In this document: in pieces, positions 1 through 12,171 of the stretch
Layout of the letters: each line of letters starts with the position of its first letter
Position numbering within the stretch: position 1 is the first letter of the stretch
Assembly (NCBI GenBank): GCA_963514005.1
Contig: OY740803.1
Location: forward strand, 20,150,001-20,214,000
Direction: 5' to 3'
Origin: Raja brachyura
Lineage: Eukaryota
Length of the DNA stretch: 64,000 bases
Position numbers and translations under genes: made by a program
Notes under the pieces: model-generated
Database searches by the model: none
What the model was told of the DNA's origin: nothing
What the model saw: the letters and a program-made list of their open reading frames with translations, nothing else

Positions 1-2169
1 TGAGAGGGAAAACTAGATCACTCATGATCAAATGGCGGAGCAAGCTCGATGGGTCGAATGACCTAATTCTTGTCCTATGTCTTATGGTCATGGACCAGAA
101 CTGTAAGGTGCAGAGAAACCTGGAAAACCTGGAAAAAGTTCTATGTTACTTAAATGGAGCTTTCCTGATCGCTCACGTTGCTTGTCCATCGGGTGTCCAA
201 GCTATAGTTTAGTGTAGTCTAGAGATACAGTGCCGAAACAGGCCCTTCAGCCCACTGAGTCCGCACCGACTAGGCACCGAGTAGCGATCCCCGCACACTT
301 ACACTATCCTACACACACTGGGGGCAATTTACTTTTATACCCACAATAATAACATCATAATCATAATCATAATTGTAATTTACATAATTGTAAGTGTGTT
401 TTGCAACATACGAGGAATTTGATTACATAAAAATGGCATAAACATCCACTGCAGAGGCTCCTCCACACTCCCCACTGTGATTGAAGGCAATAAAGTCTTA
501 TCTTCTTTCCTCCCGCGGTCGGGAGAGTCCAACCATCCGCAGCCGGTGATCGAGCTCCCTCGTCTGGGCGAACTAAGCTCCTGCATCGGGGCGGTCGAAC
601 TCCTGTGGCTTGGAGTTCCCAAAATCGGTCCAGTGACAGCGAGCTTCACGATGTTACAGTCTGCAGCTCCCGCAGGTTGAAGCATCAAAGGCTAGCCCCT
701 GGCAAAAGGTACGCCCGCTCCGAGATGTTAAAGTCCGCAGGCTCTGCGGTTTTGGAACTCTAGAAGTTCCAATCAAGAGGCTGCCAACTCCACAATGTTA
801 GGCCGCAGTGCAAACGGAGATACGACGCGGGGAAAGTCGCATCTCTGTCGATGAAAGAGATAAGAATAGTTTCCCCCACCCCCCCCCACAAAACTAAAGA
901 TAAACTAAAACATCCATTTCACAACAAACTAAAAACACAAAGACAGACCGTTGGCGAGGCAGCCATCGTGCACCAATTAACCTACAAACCTGTACGTATT
1001 TGGAGTGTGGGAGGAAAACGAAGATCTCGGAGAAAACCCACGTGGTCACGGGGCAAACGTACGAAATCTGGCACTGCAAGAGCTGTATGGCAGCTACTCC
1101 ACCGCTGTGCCACCCAATAGACGGTCAGGAAAGTGTGGCGCTCAATCCTGAAATAGGTATCCTGATGGAAAACCATGGAATTACACACACTATCTAAAAT
1201 GAATCTGTTTTCAGTAATTACCCTGATCTTCCATTGAAGGTGCTGAGGGAGACACATGGAACTGCAGATGGTGTAATCTTGAGCAAAACACAAAGTGACG
1301 GAGGAACCCAGTGGGTCAGGCAGCATCTGTGGAGGGAATAGGCAAATTGCATTTCGGGGCTGGAGACGTCTTCAGTCGCAACCTTTCCTCCACAGATGCT
1401 GCCTGAAATGCTAAGATCTTCCTGCACTTTGTGTTTTGCTCTGAGAGACTGGGAAATCCCCAAGAAAATTTACTAACGTGATATGAGGGCTTGATATGAG
1501 GATTTGGAACAAATAAGTTGGCCAGGTACTCTCATTATCTTGAAAATTCAGTAACAACAGAAGTTGAGGAACTATGAAGTCATTAAGACAGGTCACAGAC
1601 TTTTGGATTTCTCTCCCTGATAATTGGAGGAAAACACCAAATAGAATTATTTGTTTTAATTATAGCACTTAATTCTGATGAGCCAAATCAAATGTCACAA
1701 AGATAGACACTGAGTGCTGGAGTAACTCAACATGTCAGGCACCATCCCTGGAGAAAAAGGATGGGTGATGTTTTTGGATTGTGGCCCTTCTACAGAATGT
1801 CACAAAAGTCACAAATATGATTTATTGTTTAAGGTTCTAGTTATATGAAACTCCTGACAAAACCTAACATGATATATCAGCAATGTAAACCAATGTTTCT
1901 TTCGATTTAGTACACAGTACAACACTGGAACAGGCCCTTCGACCCACAAACATCCGTGCTAACTAAGATGGTAAGTTAAAGCTAATCTCCTCTGCCTGCA
2001 CGTGATCCATATCCCTCCATTAATTAGTAGATACAAGGAACTGCAGATGCTGGTTTACATTAAAGGACACAAAGTGCTGGAGCATCTCAGTGGATCAGGC
2101 TGCACCTCCAGAGAAGAATGTCTGAACATTCTTCAGACATCGATGAAGGGTCCCAACCCAAATGTCACC

Positions 2170-2940
2170 CATGTCATAGTGTCCCTTTGGCCCACACCGG
2201 CTGACATGTCCAATCTATGCTAGTCTCACCTGCCTGCATTTGGCCCATATCCCCCTAAACCTGTCCTATCCATGTACCTGTCTAAATGTTTCTTAAATGT
2301 CGCAATACCACCTGCCTCAACTACCTCTTCCAGCAGCTCATTTCATACACCCACCATCCTTTGTGTGAAAAAGTTACACCCAGGTTTCTATTAAATCTTT
2401 TCCCACTCACCTTAAACCTGTGTCCTCCAGTTCTTGATTCCCCTTCTCTGGGCAAGAGACTCCTTGCGTCTATCAGATTTATTGCTCCCATGATTTTGTA
2501 CACCTCTATTAGATCCACCTTCACCCTTCTGCGCACCAAGGAATAGAGTCCCAGCCTACTCAACCTCTCCCTATAGCTCAGCCACTCGAGTCCTGGCAGC
2601 ATCCTTGTAAATCTTCTCTGTACCTTTACCAGCATAAGAACATCTTTCCTATAACATGGTGCCCAAAACTGAACACAATATTCTAGATGCGGCCTCACCA
2701 TTGTCTTATACAACTACAACATGATCTCCCAACTTCTATACTTAATGGTCTGACTGATGAAGGCCAATGTGCCAAAGGCTTTTTGACCACTTTATCTACC
2801 TGTAATGCTACTTTCAACAAACTATGTACCTGTACTCCTAAATCCCTCTGCTCTACCACACTCCCCAGAGCTCTACCATTCACTGTGTAGGTTCTGCCCA
2901 TGTTAATGCTCCCAAAAGGCAACACCTCACATTTCTCTAT
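2170..2940 (-). mobile_element. CR1/HER1 LINE 3' fragment
   Basis: ORF 2321..2713 reads YKTMVRPHLEYCVQFWAP..VQRRFTRMLPG (CR1 ORF2 C-terminus), followed by the 3' UTR. Confidence 0.9.
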
Positions 2941-3075
2941 GATCTCCAGAGATGCTGTCTGACCCGCAGAGTTACTCCAGCACTCTTTGTTCCTCCCTTA
3001 ATTGCATGTCAATATGTTCATCCAAATTTCTGATTTTTTTGCGTATTGTGCTTAAATCCGCAGGTGCACCAAATT

Positions 3076-3145
3076 ATGGATATAAGTTTTGAGCTAAAAT
3101 ATTGTCTTTTCTTCATTCTGTTTGCAAGCACACCTTCTGCTCAAA
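3076..3145 (+). CDS. Gene 1 leader exon (MDISFELKYCLFFILFASTPSAQ)
   Basis: ATG at 3076, hydrophobic core, phase-1 donor A|GTAAGT at 3146. An upstream acceptor CCGCAG| at 3063 suggests a further 5'UTR exon that was not located. Confidence 0.85.
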
Positions 3146-6100
3146 GTAAGTACTGAAACACTTATCTGTAAATAGTCCATGCAGGGCTGATTGTTAATTT
3201 AGGATTAGATTTTGATGGAAGTTCTTGTTTTACAGAGTTCATGACTTTTGAATGTGAGAGTCCAGTGAGAGGAATATTTAATGAGGACACGATAATACCA
3301 TGCAGCCTGAAAACAACAGGGGAAAGAACATTTACCAATATTAAATTAACAAAAGATAACAAATCTCTTTTTACCTACAACACACGAGGAGACAGCAAGA
3401 AATTACAGGGACAAATTGAATTACGCCGTCTAGATGATGCGAACGTCTCACTGATTATCCAACGAACTAAACTATCCAATGGTGGGATGTACCATTGCAT
3501 TATACAAACAGATCAGGGCCATGACAGTGCTGATATCGAGTTAGTGTTTAAAGGTAAGTTATTTATATATTTATTTTTTAGAGATATAGCTTTGAAACAG
3601 TCCCTTCGGCCCACCGGGTCCGCGCCGACCAACGATCAGCCATACACTAGTTCTATCCCAAACACACAAGGGAGAAGCCAATGAACCTACTGACCTGCAT
3701 GCCTTTAGATTGTGGGTGGATTTACCCTCACTCACACTAGTTGTATATTATCCTACATTCTCCTCCACTCCCTACACACTCGGGGCAACTTACAGCGGCC
3801 AATTAACCTACAAACCCGCACGTCCTTGGGATGTGGGAGGAAACCAGAGCACCCACAGAAAACTCATGCGGTCATAGGTTGAATGTATAAACTCCACACG
3901 GACGGCACCCGTAGTCAGGTTCAAACCCGGGTCTCTGGCGCTGTAAGGTTGCGTCTCTACTGCTGCGCCACTGTGCCGCCCTATATTGTGTACTGTATCT
4001 GCTACTTTCAATTTGCTTTAAAAACTGGTTAATCGGTTGTAAATTGGCATTGTAATTGTCCAAAACTCTTTGATTTGTGGGTTGGGTAAAGAAGTACAAT
4101 ATTATCTCCAAAAGGAAGAATGCCGTAGATTTATGTATTAGGATTTAGACATTAGAATATCACTGTCATTGCAATCAATGGCATAATATCACCAGAAACA
4201 CACCCATCTATGTTCTCCAGAGATGCTGCCTGACCTGCTGAGTTACTCCTGCACTTTGTGTCTTTGCTTGTAAACCAACATCTGCGGTTTCTTTAATCTC
4301 TATCCCATCAATCTTGTTAGGTAACTCGTATATAGACTGACCAAATTAGTGAAGTACCTGCTTCTGGTGTTGTTGCACCAACAAATGTTGGTAAAGGAAC
4401 CTTGAGAAGAAGTTTGCTCACAAGGAATGGGACCACATTTTCGCTATACAATTTAAATGGGGCTCCCAATTTAATGATTCGTCAAACCACAGTGGTTGCA
4501 GGTCTGAAATGCCAAGCATAATATCTTCCTCGGTGCATAGTGAGATTAAAAAGCACCAACTGCACACTTGAAAAAGGGCTCGGACACAAGGCCAAAAGTC
4601 GAATAGTAAAAGGGCTAGATAAAGTGAGTGTCGAGAGGATGTTACCACTAGTCAGTGAGTCTTGCACTAGAAGCCACAGTCTCAGAATAAAAGGACACAC
4701 CTTTAGAAAGGAGATGAGGAAGAGTTTCTTTAGTCAGTGAGGGTTATGGGGAGAAGGCAGAAGAATTGGGTTGAGTGGGAAAGATAGATCAGCCATGATT
4801 GAATGGCGGAGTAGACCTGTTGGGCCGAATGGCCTAATTCTGCTCCTGGAACTGATAAAAAGCTTGACTTTGCAAATGTCCATCACCTCCATCAGCTCCC
4901 AACTCTGAAGTCTCCAAGACACCATTGTCCTTTAACATTCAGCAGATAGAAGGCAGCTCACCAGTCACCACCCCTCCCTCAGGGCCAATTTAGAATTGGC
5001 AGTGAATACTGATATTGCCTGCATGATTCATATACTAAATAAAAAGTAGCAGTTGCAAGACTGTCAAAACACAGAATATTTTGATAGCCACAGTGCAGCC
5101 CTAGTTATGTTATGCAACAGGAGAGATTACATGAAAAATGGTGAGTAATTCTGAGAAACTACAGAAACAAAAGGTCAGGATTGGAAATCACTGGAATCGT
5201 CAGAATAATTACCAACAAATGGGAGAAGTGTTCATGATATTGACACAGCGGATAGAGCGTCACAGCGCCAGATACCCGGGTTCGATCCTGACCTCTGGTG
5301 CAGACTGTGTGGACTTTTGTACATTCTCCATGTGACTGCATGGGTTTTCACTGGGTGCTCCAGTATATTAGTTCCAAAATACGTGCAGTTATGTAGGTTA
5401 ATTGGCCGCAGTAGGTTGTCCCCCTAGTGTGTAGGGAGTGGATACATAAGTACAATGAAGCCAAATACAAGTACAGCAGGTCGAGCTAAGAGAAAGATAC
5501 CAGAGCGTAGAATATCGTTATTCAGCTTTGTTGCTCTCTAGTTCCAGGGAAAAAGGTGGCTGGGAAAGATTCAGAAGACCAGTTGGCCACAGAACTCCGA
5601 GGGTCTCGAACCATAACGTTATCGGTCTCTGTTCTCCAGAGATGCTGCCTGACCTGCTGAGTTACTCCAGCACTTTGTGTTCTTTTGGCTACAGATCTCG
5701 CTGATCAAGTCTGCTCAAGTCCCTGGCAGTCACAAGATCGCCGTACCTGAAATAAGATTAAAGGGAATATTATGTTTGACAGCTAGAAATACTGATAGAT
5801 TTACAAGTGGAAAAGTGATTTAGAAAAGTAGGATGATGGTATTGCATTGTAGACCATCTTCTGGGACTGGAAATGCAATGCTACATTGCTGGTAAACTAC
5901 ATTCTGTATGCTGGTACTTTTCTCTTCACTCTACCAGTTGTATTTGTGTATGGGAGTTTGATTGTTTTAGAGATACAACGTGGAAACAGGCCCTTCGGCC
6001 CACTGACTTTGCACCAACCAACATAGAAACATAGAAAAATAGGTGTAGGACTAGGCCGTTCAGCCTTTCGAGCCAACACCGCCATTCAATATGATCATGG

Positions 6101-9100
6101 CTGATTATCTAAAATCTGTATCCCGTTCCTGCTTTTTCCCCATATCCCTTGATTCATTTAGCCCTAAGAACTGAATCTAACTCTCTTTTGAAAACATCCA
6201 GTGAATTGGCCTCCACTGCCTCCTTTGTCAGAGAATTCCATATATTCACAACTCTCTGGGTGAAAACGTTTTTCCTCATCTCAGTCCTAAATGCCCTCCC
6301 CGTTATGCTTAAACTGTGAACCCTGGTTTTTGACACCTCCAACATCGGGAACATTTTTCCTGCATCTAGCCTGCCAATGCTTTAAGAATTTTATATGTTT
6401 CTATAAGATCCACATCTATAACGATCACACATACACTAATTCTATCCTACACACAGCAGGGACAAATATAGCGCAGCCAATTAAAATGCAAAATTGCACA
6501 TCTCTGTAATGTTGGAAGAAACTGGGGCACCCGGCAATCACAGGGAGATCGTACACAATCCGGACAGATAACACCCATAGACAGGATTTGAACCTGGGTC
6601 TCTGGCGCTGTGAGGCATTAACTCTACTGCTGCGCCTCCTGCCGCCGATGACATTCCTCTTTGGGGGCCAATACACAAAGAGTCGCCACACTCCTTCATT
6701 GACATATCTCATAATTCTGGGAATTCGGTTCTCAGTGAGGGATCTGAACCTGAAACATTCACTCATTCTCAGACCTGAATTTTTTTAAAGCGGAGATTGA
6801 TAGGTTCATAATCAGTAAGGACATCAAAAGTTACGGAGAGAAGGCAAGAGAAAAGGGTTGAGATGGAAAAAAGATTAGCCAGGAGTAGACTCGATGGGCC
6901 AAATGGCTCCTATGTCTTATGATCTAAACTAAACATTCCAATAGGTAATGTGTCCCCAGAGCCCGTATCAACTTAAAGTTGGTATAAACAAGGCAACACC
7001 CATTCAATTGAATGGGAGATATTGTCCCATGGAAGAAAGGCAAGTGATTATGGTTTTCTTAATGTTTTGTTTTGTGTGGATGAGTTTTGGGTTTTAAATG
7101 CAAAACGTTTTGAATTTTACTTGTACACGATTGAACGTTTGTGTGAATCATTGCCTCGATGATCCACAATTGTTCCCACAGTCCTTCCGTGACTCTGTCC
7201 GGCTATGTGTGCTGGCACTGACTGCTCTTGTCCATGGAGTCCTTGGGCTCCTGGATGGAGATCACACAGAGACCACGATGGATTAAGATGGCAGGTTTGG
7301 TGGACTTTACAGTGAAGCAATATCTGGATAATATAATTAACAACATGATATGATCTTGTCAGCTCCATACAGTTTGCCAAATATGACATTACTTGAAAAC
7401 ACAGAAGAATCTATCAGTTGCGAAACAATGGGATATCCTCCTGCTCAGATTCACTGGATGGTCAATGGAGAAAGAAACCTCACCGATATATCAAGAACCG
7501 ACAAAGAAAACACAACCGAAGGTCTGGTTAAAATCACCAGCAAACTTCCAATCAACCTATCCAAAAGTAGTCAAGATGATACCTATACTTGTTCTGTATG
7601 GAATGAGGCAGAGGGAAGAATTGAAGTGAAGAAATCCTTGTCAAGTAAGTTCATAATCATCATCTCTCATGATTGGGGAAAAAGTGATCTTTAAATAATT
7701 GCAGCATCTCAAGAGAAAAAGGATGGGTGACATTTCAGGTCGGGTCCCTTCTTCAGAAGGAGGGAACTGCAGGTAAGAAAAGGCCAGAACAAAACAGGGT
7801 CGGCAACAGATAACCAAGAAAGGGTGGAGCTCACAATGGCCCATTGTTGGTTGGGGTGGAGGTGATAACGAAGAGATACAAGCATGTAGTGGAACTGGAA
7901 TGATGCATGGGGTGGGGTGGGCGGGGGGGGGGGGTGAGAGAGAGGCAATGCAGGGGTTACTTGAGATAAGATAAATTAATGTTCATACCGCTGGGTTGCA
8001 TGATGTATGATGCCCAATCTAAGTATTAGGTGCTGTTCCTTCAACAGTGGAGGAGGCCCAGGACAGAAAGGTCAATGTGGGAATGGGAAAAAGGGCAGTT
8101 AAAATGATTGGAAACTGGGAGATCCCATAGGCCAAGGTAGACTGAGAGTAAGTGTACAGCAGTTGCAGGGGAAATTTCCAGAGCAGGGGTTGGCCTGGGT
8201 GGGAAAGGATGTGTGAACCAGAGAGTTGCGGAAGTAATGGCCTCTGTGGAAGGCGGAAAGGGTTGGAGATGGGAAGACGTGACTAGTGGTGGGATCCATT
8301 GGAGGCGACGGAAGTGCCGGAGCATGAGGTGTTGTACGCGATGGCTGATGGGGTGACAGATGAAAGTTGCAATTACATAACGGTACAAACAAATGACACC
8401 AGTGTTCATCTGCTGAAACTTACTGTGTCTTTTATTTCCTTCTAAACTTTTAGTTTCATATCTTGTCAATTCGAGTACAAAACAGCAGATAAACGAAAAG
8501 AAGAAAAAAGTTCTCACTGCAGTCTACGTCATTATTGGAGGTCTGCTCTCTGGGATACTTATCCTGGCTCTTTTCCAACTCAGGAAAAAATACAGTTCAG
8601 GTACAACTATTCAGCAAATGATTCCATGAGAAGTCTTGTAATCTTTGTTACATGAAATATTGCCTGCATGAATCTTTGGTATTAAATTAGCCATGGATAA
8701 CCAATCATTATTATAATATATACCTGTAATTAAGCGGCTGTGAAATATTTTAGTTTATTGGTACAGTGCAAAGCTTTTGTTGCGTACCAACCAGTCAGCG
8801 GAAAGACAATACATGATTACAATCAAGCCATCCACAGTGTACAGATGCATGATGAAGGGAATAACTCGAGTAACGTTTAGTGCAAGCTAAAGCCAGTAAA
8901 GTCCGATTAAAGATAGTCTGAAGTTCTCAAATGAGGTAGATAGTAGTTCAGGACTGCTCTCTAATTGTTGGTAGGATGATTCAGATGCCTGATAACAGTT
9001 GGAAAGAAACCGTCCCTGAATCTGGAAGTGTGCATTTTCATACTTCTATACCTTTTGCCCGATGGGAGAAGTGAGAAGAGTTAGTGGCCAGTATGCGACG

Positions 9101-10191
9101 CGTCCCTGATTGTGCTGGTGTCCTTGCCGAGGCAGCATGTGGTGTAAATGGAGTCAACTAAAGTGTTGGTTTGTGTAATGTTCTGGGCTACGTCCACAAT
9201 TCTCTGCAATTTCTTGCGGTTTGAAACTTCCTTCCTCATTTCATCTCACAGCCTTTTGTCTTTTCATCTCTGGCCTTTGACCAACCATTTGACAATGAAA
9301 CCCCCCTCACCTGTATCCACCTGTCACTTGCCAGGCTTTGTCCTGCCCCAACCTCCTCCCCTTCTACAATTAGTCTGAAGAAAGGTTCTGACCCAAAATG
9401 TCACCGATTCATATCCTCCAGAGATGACGCCTGACCCGCTGGGTTACTTCAGCACTTTTGGTACCATTATTTATTTTTTATGTCATTTTCGAAGTTCTTC
9501 ATGTTGCAGCTAGAATTAATTTCAAATGGACCATTCGACAAGATCTGCTCAACCAGCTTTTTCTCAAATAGTGTTCACACCACAGTAACATCCTCTTGCG
9601 TAAAATAAGTGAAATATAAGTTCATCAATTTATGTTACTGGAGCAGAAATAGGTCATTTGGCCCATCAAGTCTTCTCCGCCATTCAATCATTGCTGGTCT
9701 AATTGCAATGAACACACATAGTACTTGTACTATAGCACCAGGACAAACCCTCTCAACCCCATTCTCCTGCCTTCACCCCATAACCTCTGACACCCATACT
9801 AAACAACAGTCTATCAATCAATATTATAGGTAGGATTGTCCTAGTCTCAACATTTCCTCTATTTTGTTGAAATAAATTATTTTTAAGGCTGAAATTACTT
9901 GAATGTTATGGATAATCTATGATTGCTTATTTTTTATAATCACTGAATTCATAGGCATTTTTGGAGGTTAAGTGTAAGAAAAATGTACTGGAATTTTTTA
10001 CACAATTATCTTACTTAAAATGAATTAATAACAAATTATTAATAACAAATTATTTGTTTTTTGGATTTAGGTCAACAACACGAACCAGAATATACGCCAC
10101 CAGTGGTAGGTTTGATTTCAAACATTCGGCTTATTTTTTAACAATGTGCATCACTATTCTTATAGTTTTTTTGTTCTTTTAGCAGATTTAA
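3076..10191 (+). CDS. Gene 1: B7-family-like (CD276/VTCN1/HHLA2-type) IgV-IgC type I membrane protein. Join 3076-3145, 3236-3553, 7363-7644, 8454-8600, 10071-10105, 10183-10191; about 286 aa
   Basis: All introns are GT-AG with compatible phases (1,1,1,1,0), and the 861 nt joined sequence is open to TAA at 10189-10191. Domain order is signal peptide, V, C, TM, tail. The V/C junction FKAPYSLP is typical of B7/butyrophilin proteins. Orthology is not determined. Confidence 0.85.
3236..3553 (+). CDS. Gene 1 IgV exon
   Basis: Acceptor TTTACAG| at 3235 and donor G|GTAAGT at 3554. Translation includes VRGIFNEDTIIPCSL, NVSLIIQRTKLSNGGMYHCII and IELVFK (part of ORF 3241..3684). Confidence 0.9.
3782..3980 (-). 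mobile_element. HE1-type tRNA-derived V-SINE (one of more than 20 copies or fragments in the window)
   Basis: Minus strand has an A box GGCACAGTGGCGCAGCAGT, a B box GGGTTTGAACC and the V-domain GTGGAGTTT..GGGTGCTCTGGTTTCCTCCCACA. Confidence 0.8.
6022..6410 (-). mobile_element. CR1 LINE 3' fragment
   Basis: ORF 6154..6354 (FTQRVVNIWNSL) and a (TTTCTATG)n tail. Confidence 0.85.
7363..7644 (+). CDS. Gene 1 IgC (CD80-like C-type) exon
   Basis: Acceptor TGTCAG| at 7362 and donor A|GTAAGT at 7645. Translation APYSLP...ISCETMGYPPAQIHW...ITSKL...YTCSVWN, with four N-glycosylation sequons (NMT, NLT, NTT, NLS). Confidence 0.9.
7700..8365 (-). mobile_element. Penelope-like element 3' fragment (RT C-terminus/GIY-YIG linker and pseudo-LTR)
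   Basis: Degenerate translation HRVQHLMLRHFRRLQ / DPTTSHVFPSPTLSAFHR..RNSLVHTS..GNFPCN matches vertebrate Penelope ORF C-termini. Confidence 0.7.
8454..8600 (+). CDS. Gene 1 stalk + transmembrane exon
   Basis: Long polypyrimidine tract with TTTTAG| at 8453 and donor CAG|GTACAA at 8601. Translation ISYLVNSSTKQQINEKKKK-VLTAVYVIIGGLLSGILILALF-QLRKKYSS. Not present in the supplied ORF track. Confidence 0.85.
8752..9220 (-). mobile_element. Rex1/Babar LINE 3' fragment
   Basis: Minus strand reads PSGKRYRSMKMHTSRFRDGFFP, followed by a 3' UTR similar to 51230-51700. Confidence 0.7.
10071..10191 (+). CDS. Gene 1 cytoplasmic exons (10071-10105 GQQHEPEYTPPV; 10183 or 10186 to 10191 (Q)I-stop)
   Basis: Acceptor TTTAG| at 10070, donor GTG|GTAGGT at 10106, 77-nt intron, tandem acceptor TTTTAG|CAG|, then ATT TAA. 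AATAAA signals follow near 10797, 10830 and 10942. Confidence 0.7.
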
Positions 10192-10477
10192 TATCCGGAA
10201 TAGTGCAACTGGTAAATTTAATCCAATGAGCCAGCGTTTTGCGCAACAATGTTTTATCGGTTTGCTCATCTTGTTGTGCAACTGCGCAACCTCAGCATCT
10301 GCCACAGAGATTGTGAAAATCATTGTGACTCCTCAGCAGTAACCTGAAAACTAAAAATATGCTTTCACAATCCAGTGATTGGACCAAAGAACGATGGCAC
10401 TTTGCTGAGCTCCTCCACTCGTTTTGTTTGACATCACCAACATCATACATTGATTATTCACACTTAGTAAAACACAA

Positions 10478-10715
10478 AGGCACGGTGGCGCAGCAGTGAA
10501 GTTGCCGCCTTACAGCGCGGAGACCTGGGTTCGATCCTGACTATGAGTGCTATCTGCACGGTGTTTGTACATTCTCTCTGTGACTGCGTGGGTTTTCCAG
10601 TTTCCTCCCACAGTCCAAAGACGTGCAGGTTGGTTGTAAAATTGTAAATTGTTTGTAGTGTGTAGGCAAGTGCTAGTGTACGAGATGATCGCTGGTCGAC
10701 ACGGACTCGGTAGGC
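10478..10715 (+). mobile_element. HE1-type V-SINE in the 3' region of gene 1
   Basis: GGCACGGTGGCGCAGCAGT..GGGTTCGATCC A and B boxes plus the V-domain. Confidence 0.8.
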
Positions 10716-11423
10716 CAACATCAAAAGAAAGACTGGATACAAAAGAGGTCAATCTGCTTCCCTAAGGAATAACACAGCTTTACACATAGAATGCTTAATA
10801 AATCAATGTGCCAGCCACCATAACTGTATAATAAAAGAGAAGAACGTCTTCGGCTCAGTTGCACTTTGAAAGTTTGCTTCCTGTGGGTCGGTAACGGAAC
10901 AACGATGAAGAAGTTTTTCTGCAGGACTGCATTTCCCACAAAATAAAAGAGGAAACGTGCTTTGCAATCAGCTACTCTGAATGAATCAACAGAACATGTA
11001 TGTCGCCCACTTGCAAAGCTGTTTTGCTCTGTGTCACACATGTATTAACATTTTAGAGAGTTTTTCAAAACTCATTTGTAAAACACGCATTCTTCTCTTT
11101 CCAACTAAAACTATTTTTGTCACTTTAATGGATGTTGAACCATCCCTGGTAAGTTAGCCAACACTACTGTTTGTATGAGCCAAACCAATTAATGTGAGCT
11201 GGTCATTTAACTATGTAAGATTTGTCATCAGTCCCTAACACTTAAGAACATTTGGTGACACAGTTTGTAGCAGTCCTAAAATGCAAATAATATCCAGTGC
11301 CCGCAGTATTTTTACAAGGGTCCACTGTTTAATTGAAGTAACTGATTCAAACCCAATGGAAGTTGTGGTCATGTATGCAATGTGAGATCTAACACAGGCT
11401 AGACTCAGAGTCTATGTTAGAAT

Positions 11424-11656
11424 GGAGAAACAAGGAACTGCAGGTGCTGGTTTACAAAAAAATACACAAAATGCTGGAGTAACTCAACGGGTTAGCCAGC
11501 ACCTCTGATGAAGGTGGATAGGTGATGTTTTGGGTCAGAACCCACCTTCAGAATGAACTTTCTTCTGTAGAAGAGTCCCGTCCCAAAACATCACCGATTT
11601 ACCTTCACCAGAGATGCTGCCTGACCCGCTGAGTTACTCCAGAACTTTGTGTCTTT
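11424..11656. repeat. Penelope-derived palindromic element (inverted pseudo-LTR pair), representative of many copies
   Basis: The arm GCTGGAGTAACTCAACGGG..GGTGATGTTTTGGG is followed by its reverse complement CCCAAAACATCACC..CCCGCTGAGTTACTCCAG. The same family occurs near 1255, 15770, 17910, 31325, 32090, 47295, 48110, 52380 and 63230. Confidence 0.75.
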
Positions 11657-12143
11657 CTGTTAGAATGAGACTGGTTGACTTTATTCTGCTTGTTTTATTG
11701 CCAGAAGAGCCAAAAAAAATTATGAAAAAATTATTTTTGTATTGTTTGTAGAGTATATGGTGCATTGTTAGCGATTCAGGCCAGGAAATAAATAGGTTGT
11801 GTGTCCAATTCGTTATCGCAATCTTCCTCGTGTGATTGCTTTGACTGCTGGTCAAATTGCACAATGTCCATCAGTCCTTGCCTTAGTTTTAGGATCGTCA
11901 GGGGATTCATATGACTTCCATTTCAATGAGGGCCTGTGACTTAAATTGGTGGAGATTTAATCAACACAATCCAATTCTCAAACGTCATCAGTGGGATTTA
12001 TATTCGGTGACTCCACGCCACAGACCCAGTTCAATCTTGACTTTGGGTGCAGTCTGAAACAGATTAGAGGCATTTATAATATTTTGCTGACAAACATTAA
12101 ACTTGGTGCGAACGTGAATTGTATGCACATCTCCCCACTCTAA

Positions 12144-12171
12144 CTGAAGAAGGGTCTCGACCCGAAACGTC
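12144..12171 (+). ncRNA. Minimal type-I hammerhead ribozyme core in a Penelope-derived end
   Basis: CTGAAGA-A-GGGTC-TC-GACCC-GAAAC-GTC, i.e. CUGANGA, stem II, GAAA and a GUC cleavage triplet. Equivalent cores at 19061-19088 and 50038-50065. Stem I pairing is weak. Confidence 0.55.

Noticed and set aside
10478-10550. tRNA genes at A/B-box sequences
   Set aside because: These are tRNA-derived SINE heads that continue into the V-domain and LINE-like tail, with no full cloverleaf.
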